64,000 nucleotides of DNA from Eubacterium sp. (GCA_022511205.1 JAFLRY010000004.1:24202-88201); one strand, 5' to 3'; positions 28,741 to 38,482 are shown, counted from the first letter of the stretch. Translations and numbers: made by a program. Notes: generated from the sequence alone by a model not told the origin.

Positions 28741-30390
28741 ATGGAAAAGTATTTTATCAGCTATACTGCGAACGGAGAAAAATTCACGGCGAAAAGCAGC
28801 AAAACGCCTCATTTCACCGTAGAAACGGAGAAAAACGGCAACAGAACCACTGTGATTTTGAACGCCGAAACACCTGTAACGATCGATAAATTTATGATCG
28901 CGCTGGATTATAGCTACAAAGAGGATCAGAGAATTTTTGTAAACGGCTATCAGTCTTGGACGGACAGTAAGGAATATTTCCTTGATGAGGAGATGACGGA
29001 ACTCAGCAAATTTGCCGAGCGCTACGTGCATAATTCTCTTGTTAAGAAGATAGGCTTGGGTAAATCGGGTGATTATGCATTCTGCGATTATCCTCGTCAA
29101 AAGGGCGTGTTTTACGGCTTTTCCTACGGCTACGTGAGAAGCGGAAGCATTGTTGATATTTTCGGCTCGTTAAGCGAAAGATGCGGCTTTACGATCGTAC
29201 GCTTTGACGTGGAAAAATCCCAGGTGATTATCGAAAAGGAGCTGGAGGGCGTTGTTTTCAGCGGCAGACAGACCGTTGCTGATTACGCCGTGATCAGCGG
29301 AGAATACGATGCGGCGTTTGATGAGTATTTTGAGCTGATGGGTGTTAAATGCCTGCAAAATGAAACGAAATGCGGCTATACCACTTGGTATAACTATTAC
29401 GGCAACGTCACCCAGGATATCGTTATGCGCGATCTTGAATCTCTTTCCAGGCTCGGCGAAAAGGTCGATATCTTCCAGATAGACGACGGCTACCAGAAGG
29501 CTATCGGCGACTGGACTGAAACGAAAGAGGAAAAGTTCCCGGACGGTATGAAGATGATCGCCGATGAGATACATAAAAAGGATATGCTGGCGGGCTTGTG
29601 GCTCGCGCCCCTTGCGGCTACGCGGAATTCCTCCATTTATCAAAATCACAGGGATTGGCTCGTTCACGATGAAAAGGGCAAGCCCTATTGCGCCGGCCAC
29701 AACTGGGGTGGCTTCTTCGCGCTTGATATCTATAATGAGGAAGCAAGGGAGTACATCAGGAATTTCTTCAACGTTATCCTCAACGATTGGGGCTTCGATA
29801 TGGTGAAGCTGGATTTCCTCTATGCCGCCTGCGTTCTGCCGATTCATGGCAAGAGCAGGGGAGAAGTTATGTGTGACGCGATGGATCTCATCAGAGATTG
29901 CGTTGGCGATAAGTTGATCCTCGGTTGCGGTGTTCCCCTTATGCCAACATTCGGCAAGGTGGATTTCTGCAGAGTCGGTGCTGATGTAGACCTTTGCTGG
30001 AAGCATAAAAAACACAGAACGAGAGAGGATGTAAGCACGCCAAACACCGTAAACTGCTCGATTTTCCGCCGCCATCTTAACGGCAGAGCATTCCTCAACG
30101 ATCCTGACGTTTTCCTTCTTCGTGACAATAACCTTGATATGACCTTTGAGCAAAAGGAATTGCTCGCAAAGATCAATTCAATATTCGGCAGTCTGCTGTT
30201 CGTTTCCGATAACGTAGCCGAATACAGCGATAAACAGACCGAGGTTTTCCTCAACACCATAAAGAAAAAAGACGTAAAGATCATCAGCGCCGAGTATTCC
30301 GAGAGGAATATAATCAACGTGGAATACACTGTTGACGGAGAGGCGCAAACGCTGAAATTCAATTCCGAAACAGGCGAGATCATCAAATAA
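28741..30390 (+). CDS. Alpha-galactosidase-like glycoside hydrolase (GH36-type catalytic core)
   Basis: FQIDDGYQKAIGDW and KLDFLY motifs are typical of the melibiase clan. No signal peptide. Monocistronic, between two terminators. Confidence 0.65.
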   Translation: MEKYFISYTANGEKFTAKSSKTPHFTVETEKNGNRTTVILNAETPVTIDKFMIALDYSYKEDQRIFVNGYQSWTDSKEYFLDEEMTELSKFAERYVHNSLVKKIGLGKSGDYAFCDYPRQKGVFYGFSYGYVRSGSIVDIFGSLSERCGFTIVRFDVEKSQVIIEKELEGVVFSGRQTVADYAVISGEYDAAFDEYFELMGVKCLQNETKCGYTTWYNYYGNVTQDIVMRDLESLSRLGEKVDIFQIDDGYQKAIGDWTETKEEKFPDGMKMIADEIHKKDMLAGLWLAPLAATRNSSIYQNHRDWLVHDEKGKPYCAGHNWGGFFALDIYNEEAREYIRNFFNVILNDWGFDMVKLDFLYAACVLPIHGKSRGEVMCDAMDLIRDCVGDKLILGCGVPLMPTFGKVDFCRVGADVDLCWKHKKHRTREDVSTPNTVNCSIFRRHLNGRAFLNDPDVFLLRDNNLDMTFEQKELLAKINSIFGSLLFVSDNVAEYSDKQTEVFLNTIKKKDVKIISAEYSERNIINVEYTVDGEAQTLKFNSETGEIIK

Positions 30391-30399
30391 AGAAATTGA

Positions 30400-30440
30400 A
30401 AAAGGAAGCGCTCCGTCGTGAAGCCGCTTCCTTTTATTAT
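30400..30440 (+). terminator. Intrinsic terminator
   Basis: Stem aaaggaagcg (30401-10) / cgcttccttt (30425-34) followed by a T-rich tail. Confidence 0.7.
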
Positions 30441-30538
30441 CTAAAAATTTTCAAATACTGTTTAACCGAATCGCTTTTTTCGGTACTATACTAATGAAAG
30501 CTTTCAAAACTAACTTTTCCAAGGGAGGAGGGAACGGC

Positions 30539-32080
30539 TTGAAGCAGACGAACGTGGCTGAATTCGTTGAGGAAAATCTCAAAACGATCTTTGCTTATGC
30601 TTTATCGCGCGTTTCTGATTGTGATGATGCCGAGGATTTGACGAACGATATCGTGCTGGCGATTTTGCAGAGCGCGGATAAAATAAAAGATCCGAACGCC
30701 TTTTACGGCTACATTTGGGGCATCGCCTCAAACACCTATAAAAAGTTCTTACGAAAAAAGAACCGCCACGCATTTGAAACGCTTGATGAAAACTTTTCAG
30801 ATGAAACCGATTTTACCGATGATCTGCTTTTGCGCGAGGATATTATGGCGCTGCGCCGTGAAACGGCACTGCTTTCCAAAGAATACAGAGAGTGTACGAT
30901 TGCCTATTATTACGACGGCTTATCCTGCGCCGAGGTCTCAAAGAAGCTGAAAATCTCTCCCGAAATGGTAAAATACTATCTCTTTAAAACGAGAAAAATT
31001 TTGAAGGAAGGTATCAGTATGGAAAGAGAATTCGGTGAAAAAAGCTTCAGACCCGAGCCCTTTGAATTCGTTACGATTTATACAGGAATAGCGAACTCCG
31101 AATACGGAAATTTGTTCACGAGAAAGCTGCCGGGGCAGATATTGCTATCGGCGTATTATACGTCTATGTCGGTCAGGGAGCTTGCAATAGAGCTGGGCGT
31201 TGCCTCTGTTTATCTTGAGGACGAGCTGACTCTGCTTGAAAAGTATAATTTAATAACAAAGCTGCCGTCGGGGAAATATCAGACGAAGCTCGTGATATTT
31301 ACCGACGTGTTTACGGAGGAATTTTATCGCTCGGCTGAAAAGACCGCAATGTCTGCGCTTGGCGATATCATTTCAGGGATCAGCGGAAAGCTTGATGAAA
31401 TCAGAAAAATCAATTTTGTATGTGAAAAATTATCCGACAGACGACTTTTGTGGGGTCTCCTCTTTGTTATTATGCTTTGGGGAAACCGCGAGTTTACGCA
31501 AAGATATCCACAGTATGAAGCGGATAATAAAATTTACGGCGAAGCGCGCGGTATAAACTACGGCGTTTCAAATTATGGATCGCAAACCGAATTTGCTTGC
31601 GGTGTGTTTGCGGGCTATGCGGGCATAGATGAGAATTATTACGCTACCGCCGCCGATTTCGGAATTCTTCCCGAAAGAAACCGCTTTTTTGCAAATACGG
31701 ATATGGAAGAATTTGCGCAGAAAATATATGATGCGCTTTCAGGCAAATGTGAGCCGGAGTTTATCATTCTGTCCAAAGCGGAGGAACAGCACCTTTTTGA
31801 ACTTTTTAAAGACGAGATCGGTTTAATGGCAGGGCTTTATGATAAGCTGTTTGCCTACGCCTGCGAGGCTATGCGCGCCCACGCACCGAAAAGAATAAGC
31901 GAGCAGATCGAGCGTATCGTTTTTAAAACTTTATGCTTTCAAACAGTTGGCTTTATCGGCGGCTGTGCCGTTAAATCAGGCGCGCTCGCGATCCCTGATT
32001 TCAACGGTCCTGCGGCAGTGTGCGTGCGCGAAAATACGAAAACAGCCAAAGCTATCGTTAATCGGAATATTCAAATTTAA
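30539..32080 (+). CDS. Sigma-70-family (ECF-like) sigma factor with a roughly 340-aa C-terminal extension
   Basis: Region 2 (DAEDLTNDIVLAI...) and region 4 HTH (LSCAEVSKKLKISPEMVKYYLFKTRKILK), then a second wHTH-like segment (MSVRELAIELGVASVYLEDELTLLEKYNLI) and a long soluble domain. The TTG at 30539 has GGAGG 7 nt upstream. The ATG at 30494 has no SD. Confidence 0.65.
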   Translation: MKQTNVAEFVEENLKTIFAYALSRVSDCDDAEDLTNDIVLAILQSADKIKDPNAFYGYIWGIASNTYKKFLRKKNRHAFETLDENFSDETDFTDDLLLREDIMALRRETALLSKEYRECTIAYYYDGLSCAEVSKKLKISPEMVKYYLFKTRKILKEGISMEREFGEKSFRPEPFEFVTIYTGIANSEYGNLFTRKLPGQILLSAYYTSMSVRELAIELGVASVYLEDELTLLEKYNLITKLPSGKYQTKLVIFTDVFTEEFYRSAEKTAMSALGDIISGISGKLDEIRKINFVCEKLSDRRLLWGLLFVIMLWGNREFTQRYPQYEADNKIYGEARGINYGVSNYGSQTEFACGVFAGYAGIDENYYATAADFGILPERNRFFANTDMEEFAQKIYDALSGKCEPEFIILSKAEEQHLFELFKDEIGLMAGLYDKLFAYACEAMRAHAPKRISEQIERIVFKTLCFQTVGFIGGCAVKSGALAIPDFNGPAAVCVRENTKTAKAIVNRNIQI

Positions 32081-32081
32081 A

Positions 32082-32114
32082 CGATCCCTCGGTCAGACTA
32101 TGACCGAGGGATCG
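32082..32114. terminator. Perfect 14-bp hairpin between convergent genes
   Basis: cgatccctcggtca (32082-95) / tgaccgagggatcg (32101-14). There is no strong T-run on either side. Confidence 0.55.
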
Positions 32115-32121
32115 AAACTTA

Positions 32122-32646
32122 TTAAGGGATATTTGTTACGCTTTTATCTTTTGAAAAACCTTTGCTTTCAAAAATTTTATCCGTCAGCTCAAATATCTGC
32201 TCCATTTGCTCTTCCGAATATTCTGATTTGTTTTCACTTGCGTCACGAAGCGAAAGATCGTAAATAATTGCAGTTCCGCTGTTTTCATAGGTCTTTAGCT
32301 CAAACAATATGGAATCGCCTTTGCCATCTCCGTCCATGTCAAATTCATATTCTTCGACTTTGGCACCGTCTTTATCAACGTAAGAATTGTAGTTGGCGAT
32401 AAAATCCTTCAGGTCTAAATCCTCGCCGTTGATTATATGGCCTATCCCCTCAAACAGAGCGCCGTCAGTGGCGGCATTTGCCGTGAGTGAACCGCAAAGC
32501 AAAACGGCAATCAGCGCGATTGCGATTATCAGACCCTTGTGTATTCTTTTGATATGTTTCTTTTCAGTCATCTCAAAAATCCTTTCTATCGTTTTTTCGG
32601 ATGGATTGATCTGTGAGAAGGCCTTTTTATAATTATCTCTAAGCAT
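32122..32646 (-). CDS. Single-pass membrane protein, putative anti-sigma factor
   Basis: Overlaps the stop of the upstream ECF sigma gene by 8 nt. Short cytoplasmic N-terminus, TM helix GLIIAIALIAVLLCG, and an extracytoplasmic domain. Confidence 0.5.
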   Translation of the reverse strand: MLRDNYKKAFSQINPSEKTIERIFEMTEKKHIKRIHKGLIIAIALIAVLLCGSLTANAATDGALFEGIGHIINGEDLDLKDFIANYNSYVDKDGAKVEEYEFDMDGDGKGDSILFELKTYENSGTAIIYDLSLRDASENKSEYSEEQMEQIFELTDKIFESKGFSKDKSVTNIP

Positions 32647-33121
32647 TTATCCATTCATCTCCTAAAATTTCTTTTAAATCTTTTCTCGCGCGGTGAAGCC
32701 TTGTCTTTACTGCTGATTCTTTTATTTTCAAAAGCGCTGATATGTCCTTAACAGTCATATCCTCATAATAAAAAAGATGTATCACAACGCGTTCTTTTTT
32801 CGGCAGGGAAGCCACGGCTTTGTATAGATCATAACTGGTATCCTCTTTAAAGGTGTATGTTTCAGGCGCTTCCTCAAGGGAAACGCTTTTTCTTTTGAAA
32901 GGGGATTTGATGTAATTCTTGCTTTCGTTCACGCGAACTGCCGTCGGCCATTTATCGATGTGGGCGTTGTCGGTAAAAGGCTTATCATATTTCCAAAGCT
33001 TTAAAAATACATGCTGGAGAATATCCTCCGCGTCGCTGTGATTTTGCGTAAAAGACAGAATGATCAGAAACAGCCGCTGGCTGTTTCGCTTTATGCAGTT
33101 TATGAATTCGTTTTGAGTCAT
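32639..33121 (-). CDS. ECF-type RNA polymerase sigma factor
   Basis: 160 aa. Region 2 (AEDILQHVFLKLW) and region 4 HTH (MTVKDISALLKIKESAVKTRLHRARKDL). Confidence 0.8.
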   Translation of the reverse strand: MTQNEFINCIKRNSQRLFLIILSFTQNHSDAEDILQHVFLKLWKYDKPFTDNAHIDKWPTAVRVNESKNYIKSPFKRKSVSLEEAPETYTFKEDTSYDLYKAVASLPKKERVVIHLFYYEDMTVKDISALLKIKESAVKTRLHRARKDLKEILGDEWINA

Positions 33122-33289
33122 CGCTTCACCGCCCGCTGAAAGGTCCTTTCATTATTATAACAATTCAGCGCCGCAAAAGGTTACATAATATTGAATTTTC
33201 TTGAAATAAAAAATAGCCTCCCCTGTGTAAGGAGAGGTTTTCTATTGTAGGGGACGGCGTCCTCGACTTCCCGTTTGACGGGGATTGTT

Positions 33290-34183
33290 TTATTCGATTT
33301 TTTCAACAGGTATCGCTATCCTCGCTCCGTTCTCCGGCTGCGCGCCGTAATTGAAGGACGGCGATTTTTCTTTTATCGGCTTATATCCAAAGCGCGCAAA
33401 ATCGTATTTTTCGATCGCCCTGTCAACACAGCCTATTGCATACGCGAAATCATCCTCATTTTCATATGGCTCGCTTTGAAAATAAAGATAAAGGCTTTCC
33501 GGCAGCTCACTTATCTCGTATCCGGGTATTTCAAAAGGGTAATCGAGCGGAACTTCAACGCCCGCCGCAATTGGCGAATAGCCCTCTTTAATCAAATCAT
33601 CAGGTAATTCAATAAGCGCGGCAGTGTCAAACTTTTCGTTGATGCTGTTCAGCAAGCCTTCCCATTCACAGCCGTTTTCCTCGCAGTAGGATAAATAGCC
33701 GTTTGCGGTTTTGGATCTTTTAAATATCAGCTTCCTTTTCGGCTTCGTTATCAGCGAAACGGTGCATATCATCGAATTTTTATCCATATCTTTTCCCTCA
33801 TTGTTTTTGATAATATGATAATGGTTTATAGGGTATTGAACGAATAAAGGAATCGGGCATGGTTCAATTCTGTATTCTTTGGGAGCAATGGAAAACCTGC
33901 TTTTGAACGCCCTTGTGAAGCCCTCGTGTGATTGAAAATTGCTTTCCAGCGCGATGCTTAAAATCGATTCATCGCTTTTGGAAAGTTTCTTCGCGCTGTT
34001 GGTCAGCATTATTTGTTTAACGTACTCGGCAGGTGTCATATTAAGAAATTCCTTAAACATCCTGTCCGCATGCCGCTTTGAATAGCCTATATAACGGTAG
34101 AGTTTTTCAATGCTGAAATCGTCATCTTCAATATGAGCTTTTATGTAGCGTTGCATTTCAGAAACGATTTTTATTTTGTCCAT
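33290..34183 (-). CDS. AraC-family transcriptional regulator with a GyrI-like effector-binding domain
   Basis: N-terminal AraC HTH (IGYSKRHADRMFKEFLNMTPAEYV...GFQSHEGFTRAFK) and a C-terminal GyrI-like half. Confidence 0.75.
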   Translation of the reverse strand: MDKIKIVSEMQRYIKAHIEDDDFSIEKLYRYIGYSKRHADRMFKEFLNMTPAEYVKQIMLTNSAKKLSKSDESILSIALESNFQSHEGFTRAFKSRFSIAPKEYRIEPCPIPLFVQYPINHYHIIKNNEGKDMDKNSMICTVSLITKPKRKLIFKRSKTANGYLSYCEENGCEWEGLLNSINEKFDTAALIELPDDLIKEGYSPIAAGVEVPLDYPFEIPGYEISELPESLYLYFQSEPYENEDDFAYAIGCVDRAIEKYDFARFGYKPIKEKSPSFNYGAQPENGARIAIPVEKIE

Positions 34184-34436
34184 ATCCCCACCACCATTAT
34201 ATTAGCACAAATCAGGCATTCTTTCTTGACCGAATCGGACAAAATTATTTTATCACAAATGGTTTTATTTTAAAACAGAGAAAACGAGGCAAAAAGGCAC
34301 GGCATAAGCCGTGCCCATGGATCACCTTTTAGCAATCAGAATGAATACCTCAAGGCAAATGTATTAAGCAGTTGCAAATCAGGTATTCATTTGTTTTTAT
34401 AAATCCTAATTAAAAAATTACAGATTATAAAATTTC

Positions 34437-34625
34437 TTACTTCATAGACTCTTCGTAAGCCTTGATCATTTTCTTAACCATCTGGCCGCCTACAGAACCT
34501 GCCTGCTTAGAGGTAAGGTCACCGTTGTAACCCTGCTTGAGGTTAACACCAACTTCGCTGGCAGCTTCCATCTTGAATCTGTTGAGAGCCTCTTTAGCCT
34601 CAGGAACTACGTTCTTGTTTGACAT
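34437..34625 (-). CDS. Alpha/beta-type small acid-soluble spore protein
   Basis: 62 aa with KMEAASEVGV and GSVGGQMVKKMI SASP signatures. Confidence 0.9.
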   Translation of the reverse strand: MSNKNVVPEAKEALNRFKMEAASEVGVNLKQGYNGDLTSKQAGSVGGQMVKKMIKAYEESMK

Positions 34626-34844
34626 CTAATAACACTCCTTTTTCAATTTATTTCAAAAGCAAAAAGGATTTATCGCAAATGCAATCAATTCTTATCGCTC
34701 TTGCAAGAATATTATTAGCGCTTATTCGCGTTTTAAAATTGAAAAATTTTAGCAAAAATGAGATTTTAGTTTTACTTGATCAATAAACCTTGGCGGAGGA
34801 TTCTTTACCCTTATTTTTTGCGCTATTGCAAAGCCCCGTATGCA

Positions 34845-34873
34845 TTGACTTTATAATTTTTGAGATATATAAT
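34845..34873 (+). promoter_or_regulatory. Candidate sigma-A promoter of the sulfoglycolysis-like operon
   Basis: TTGACT (34845-50), 17-nt spacer, TATAAT (34868-73). Confidence 0.45.
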
Positions 34874-34901
34874 TAGATTAGAATTATTATGGGGTGATAA
34901 T

Positions 34902-36893
34902 TTGAGATTTGTGGAAAGCAAAAGGGGCGTTGCCGTTGAAAGAAACGGCAAAACGCTTTATGAGTTTTGCGTTGGCAATGAGTTTTGCCGCCTCGGCGCA
35001 GGGCAAAACGCTTATTCAATGAGCCACGGCAGCTTTAAAATTAAAGAAAAGATCAAATCGAGCGATTCGTTTGATATAAAAGCCGCGTCCGTTGAAAACG
35101 GCGTGCTCATAATCGTTATTGAATGCGGTATTTTTGAAATCAGCATTGACGGCGACCGTATCTGTGTTACGCCGAATGTGCCCGAAAAGTACAACAGAAT
35201 GTGGATAAAGCTTCCCGCAGAAAAGGGCGAAAGTGTTTACGGCTGCGGCGAGATATTCACGGAGTTTGATCTTCGCGGAAAGAACGTGAACGTTTGGGTT
35301 GCCGAGCATATCAACGCTTTGCAAACGGCTAAGAAGATTTTGAAAATGGCGTTCGGCGTGCGCAACACCACGAAGAAGCAGAAATTCAGGAATTACGAGA
35401 CCTATTACGCCGAGCCTACCTTCATCAGCTCGCGCAAATATTATTTCCATTCCGATACCACCGCCAGATGCGAATTTGATTTCACGAATGACAATTATCA
35501 TTTGCTTAAAACGGACAGTATTGCACCGTTTTATATCGGCTTTGCGGATAGTTTCGAACAGCTTGAAGGCGATCTCACCGCTCTGCTCGGTCGCCAGCCT
35601 GAGCTTCCCGATTGGGTGTACGATGGCGCGATCCTCGGCATTCAGGGCGGAACGGACGTTATGATGAGCAAGGTTGATGCCTGCCTTAACGCGAACACCT
35701 CCGTGTGCGGAGTATGGATACAGGACTGGGAGGGCAGGCGCGTTACCGCCGTCGGCAAACAGCTTCAGTGGAACTGGCAGTGGGACGAGGAGCTTTATCC
35801 AAAGCTTGACGAAAAGATCAAAGAGCTGAACGCAAAGGGCATCAAGGTGCTTGGCTACATCAATCCGTTCCTTGCCGTTGAGAAGCCCCTTTATAAAGAG
35901 GCGCACGAAAAGGGCTACTGCGTTAAGAATAAGGACGGCGAGGATTACTACGTTACGATAACCACCTTCCCCGCCGCAATGGTGGATCTCACAAATCCCG
36001 ACGCTTACGAATGGCTCAAAAATATAATCAAAAAGAATATGATCGGTCTCGGTCTTTCGGGCTGGATGGCGGATTTCGGCGAATATCTCCCAACGGACTC
36101 AGTGCTTTTCAGCGGAGAAGACGCGGAGCTTAAGCACAACACTTGGGCGGCGCTTTGGGCAAAACTCAACCGCGAGGCGATAGAGGAGTGTGGCAAGCTG
36201 GGTGAAATCATGTTCTTCACCAGAGCGGGCTATACGGATACGAAAAAATATTCCACGATGATGTGGAACGGCGATAATCACGTTGATTATTCCATAGATT
36301 TCGGCTTGCCCAGCGTTATTCCCGCCGCGCTTTCGCTGACCTGTTGCGGCTTCGGCTTAAGCCATTCCGACGTGGGCGGATACACGACGTTCCTTAATCT
36401 TAAACGCTCCGGCGAGCTCTTTATGCGCTGGGCGGAGATGAATGCCTTTTCGCCGCTTATGCGAAGCCACGAGGGTCTGAATCCGGACGTTAACGCGCAG
36501 TTTGACCACAACGAGGAAGTCCTTAACCACCACGCGAAAATGAGCAGAATTCATAAAGCCTTAAAGCCGTATCTGAAAAAGTGCGTTGAGGAAAACGCCA
36601 ACAGCGGTGCCGGCGTAATCAGACCGCTGTTCTTCCATTATGACGAGCCGGTGGCGTATAAAGAAGCCTATGAATATCTGCTTGGCAGAGATATCCTCGT
36701 TGCACCCGTTATCAAAGAAAACGCGAATAGCAGAAGCGTTTATCTTCCCAATGACCAATGGGTACATCTGTGGAGCGGAAATGAATACGGCGGAGGAACT
36801 TATGATATAAGCTCACCGCTTGGCGAGCCACCCGTATTTATAAGAAAAAACGCGGAAATGTTTGATGAATTATTATCAGTTAAAAACGCTTAA
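34902..36893 (+). CDS. GH31 glycosidase closely resembling sulfoquinovosidase YihQ
   Basis: Long collinear similarity to E. coli YihQ as I recall it (QPELPDW, LGIQGG, WIQDW, WNWQW, GWMADFGEYLPTD, YSTMMWNGD, HSDVGGYTT, LLGRDILVAPV). The start is uncertain: TTG 34902 lies downstream of the candidate -10, while TTG 34860 would give 677 aa. Confidence 0.75.
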   Translation: MRFVESKRGVAVERNGKTLYEFCVGNEFCRLGAGQNAYSMSHGSFKIKEKIKSSDSFDIKAASVENGVLIIVIECGIFEISIDGDRICVTPNVPEKYNRMWIKLPAEKGESVYGCGEIFTEFDLRGKNVNVWVAEHINALQTAKKILKMAFGVRNTTKKQKFRNYETYYAEPTFISSRKYYFHSDTTARCEFDFTNDNYHLLKTDSIAPFYIGFADSFEQLEGDLTALLGRQPELPDWVYDGAILGIQGGTDVMMSKVDACLNANTSVCGVWIQDWEGRRVTAVGKQLQWNWQWDEELYPKLDEKIKELNAKGIKVLGYINPFLAVEKPLYKEAHEKGYCVKNKDGEDYYVTITTFPAAMVDLTNPDAYEWLKNIIKKNMIGLGLSGWMADFGEYLPTDSVLFSGEDAELKHNTWAALWAKLNREAIEECGKLGEIMFFTRAGYTDTKKYSTMMWNGDNHVDYSIDFGLPSVIPAALSLTCCGFGLSHSDVGGYTTFLNLKRSGELFMRWAEMNAFSPLMRSHEGLNPDVNAQFDHNEEVLNHHAKMSRIHKALKPYLKKCVEENANSGAGVIRPLFFHYDEPVAYKEAYEYLLGRDILVAPVIKENANSRSVYLPNDQWVHLWSGNEYGGGTYDISSPLGEPPVFIRKNAEMFDELLSVKNA

Positions 36894-36912
36894 AAATTAG
36901 GAGGAAAAAGCG

Positions 36913-37602
36913 ATGAAATATTTTCTTGACAGTGCCAAAATAGACGAGATCAGAGAGGCGTATGACACCTTCGGTATCGACGGCATCACCACCAACCCCA
37001 ACCACATTATGAACTCCGGCAAGCCGTTTTACACGGTAATCAAAGAGCTTGCCGATTTCGTTCGGGAAAAAGGCGTTGAGGGCTGGGATAAATTCCCGAT
37101 CTCCGTTGAGATCAACCCGCATCTTGACGATGCTGACGAAATGGTGGCAATGGGAACGAAAATCGCGGCAATGAGCCCCAATTTCGTTATTAAAATTCCC
37201 TGCACGCAGGCGGGCATCACCGCCGCCAGAAGATTAGAGCAAAAGGGCGTAAGAACGAATCTCACCCTCGTTTTCTCCGCTTCTCAGGCGCTTATTGCCG
37301 CTAAAAACAACTCTCTGTTCGTATCTCCCTTTATCGGCTGGAAGGAGAACAGCGGCGAAGATTGCGTTCAGTACATTCAGGATATCGTAACGATCTATGA
37401 AAATTACGGCTTCCTCGGCAAAACGCAGATCATCTGCGCCGCAGTACGAAACGGAAAGCAGTTCGTTGACTGCGCGGTTGCGGGTGCCGATATCGTAACC
37501 GCCGGGCTTCAGGTTTATAAGGACAGCTTCTATCACCCCTTCACCGATTACGGCCTTGAGAAATTCCAAGCGGCTTGGGACAACACGATTACAGAGGAAT
37601 AA
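36913..37602 (+). CDS. Small Tal/FSA-family class I transaldolase/aldolase; candidate 6-deoxy-6-sulfofructose transaldolase
   Basis: 229 aa. MKYFLDSA...GITTNP start and a Schiff-base lysine context (FVIKIPCT) typical of the FSA/TalB-like subfamily. Operon context. Confidence 0.65.
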   Translation: MKYFLDSAKIDEIREAYDTFGIDGITTNPNHIMNSGKPFYTVIKELADFVREKGVEGWDKFPISVEINPHLDDADEMVAMGTKIAAMSPNFVIKIPCTQAGITAARRLEQKGVRTNLTLVFSASQALIAAKNNSLFVSPFIGWKENSGEDCVQYIQDIVTIYENYGFLGKTQIICAAVRNGKQFVDCAVAGADIVTAGLQVYKDSFYHPFTDYGLEKFQAAWDNTITEE

Positions 37603-37615
37603 CGGAGACAGACAA

Positions 37616-38482
37616 ATGAAAATAGGATTTATCGGGCTCGGCATTATGGGCGAGTCCATGAGCGAAAATATAGTAAAAAAGCATAACGATAAGGTGTTTG
37701 TCAGCGATCTCAACAAGTCACAGGTGGAAAAGCTTGCCGCGGTTGGCGCGGTTCCCTGCGACAGCAATATCGAGGTCGCGAAAAACGCGGATGTAATTAT
37801 CACAATGGTGCCGAAATCGGAGCATGTTAAGGCGGTTTATACGGAAATTCTTGACGAGATCAATGAGGGCAAGATATGCATTGATATGAGCACGATCGAT
37901 CCCTCCGTTTCCGTTGAGGTATCCAAAATGATAAAAGCAAAGGGCGCTCAGTTTGCGGATGCGCCCGTTGTTAAATCAAAGCCCGCCGCGATCGAGGGTA
38001 CGCTCGGCGTGCTTGTGGGCTGTGACGAGGAGCTTTTCCCCGTGATCGAGCCGATTTTAAAGTATATGGGCTGTAACGTTATCCGCATGGGCGAAAACGG
38101 CAAGGGTCTCGTTATGAAAATTTGCCACAATGCCCTTTGCGCCGAGATACAGAACGGTGTGAACGAAACCCTTATTCTTGCCCGCAAAATGGGCATTTCC
38201 ACGGAGGATTACCACACCGCCATTTCCTACGGCGGCGCCCAGTGCTTCTATCTTGACGCTCAGTGGAAAAATATAGACAGCGAGAATTGGGCAACTGCCT
38301 TCTCTCTTGAAAATGAAAACAAAGATTTGGGCATTTGCCAAAGACTTGCCGCTGAAACCGAAACGCCTATGCCCGGCATGGAAACTGCCAAGGCGGTTTA
38401 CGCCAAGGGTATGGAAGCAGGCATCGGCAAGGAGGACTGGCGCGCCACCTATAAGGTGGTAAGAGGCGATTACGATGCTTAA
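37616..38482 (+). CDS. Beta-hydroxyacid dehydrogenase family NAD(P)H oxidoreductase; candidate sulfolactaldehyde reductase (YihU-like)
   Basis: MKIGFIGLGIMGESM Rossmann start and the 3-hydroxyisobutyrate dehydrogenase-like core. GGAGA precedes the ATG at 37616. Confidence 0.65.
   Translation: MKIGFIGLGIMGESMSENIVKKHNDKVFVSDLNKSQVEKLAAVGAVPCDSNIEVAKNADVIITMVPKSEHVKAVYTEILDEINEGKICIDMSTIDPSVSVEVSKMIKAKGAQFADAPVVKSKPAAIEGTLGVLVGCDEELFPVIEPILKYMGCNVIRMGENGKGLVMKICHNALCAEIQNGVNETLILARKMGISTEDYHTAISYGGAQCFYLDAQWKNIDSENWATAFSLENENKDLGICQRLAAETETPMPGMETAKAVYAKGMEAGIGKEDWRATYKVVRGDYDA

Noticed and set aside
33246-33289. GC-rich segment tgtaggggacggcgtcctcgacttcccgtttgacgggg downstream of the AraC gene, which resembles short palindromic extragenic repeats.
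   Set aside because: It is a single copy in this window with only very short self-complementary arms (ggacg/cgtcc). That is insufficient evidence for a repeat family or a functional structure.
34860-34901. TTG at 34860 as the GH31 start. It would give 677 aa, close to the E. coli YihQ length.
   Set aside because: There is no SD upstream, and the codon lies between the -35 and -10 of the best candidate promoter. I kept the TTG at 34902 as the working start but cannot exclude 34860. N-terminal proteomics or a mapped TSS would settle it.
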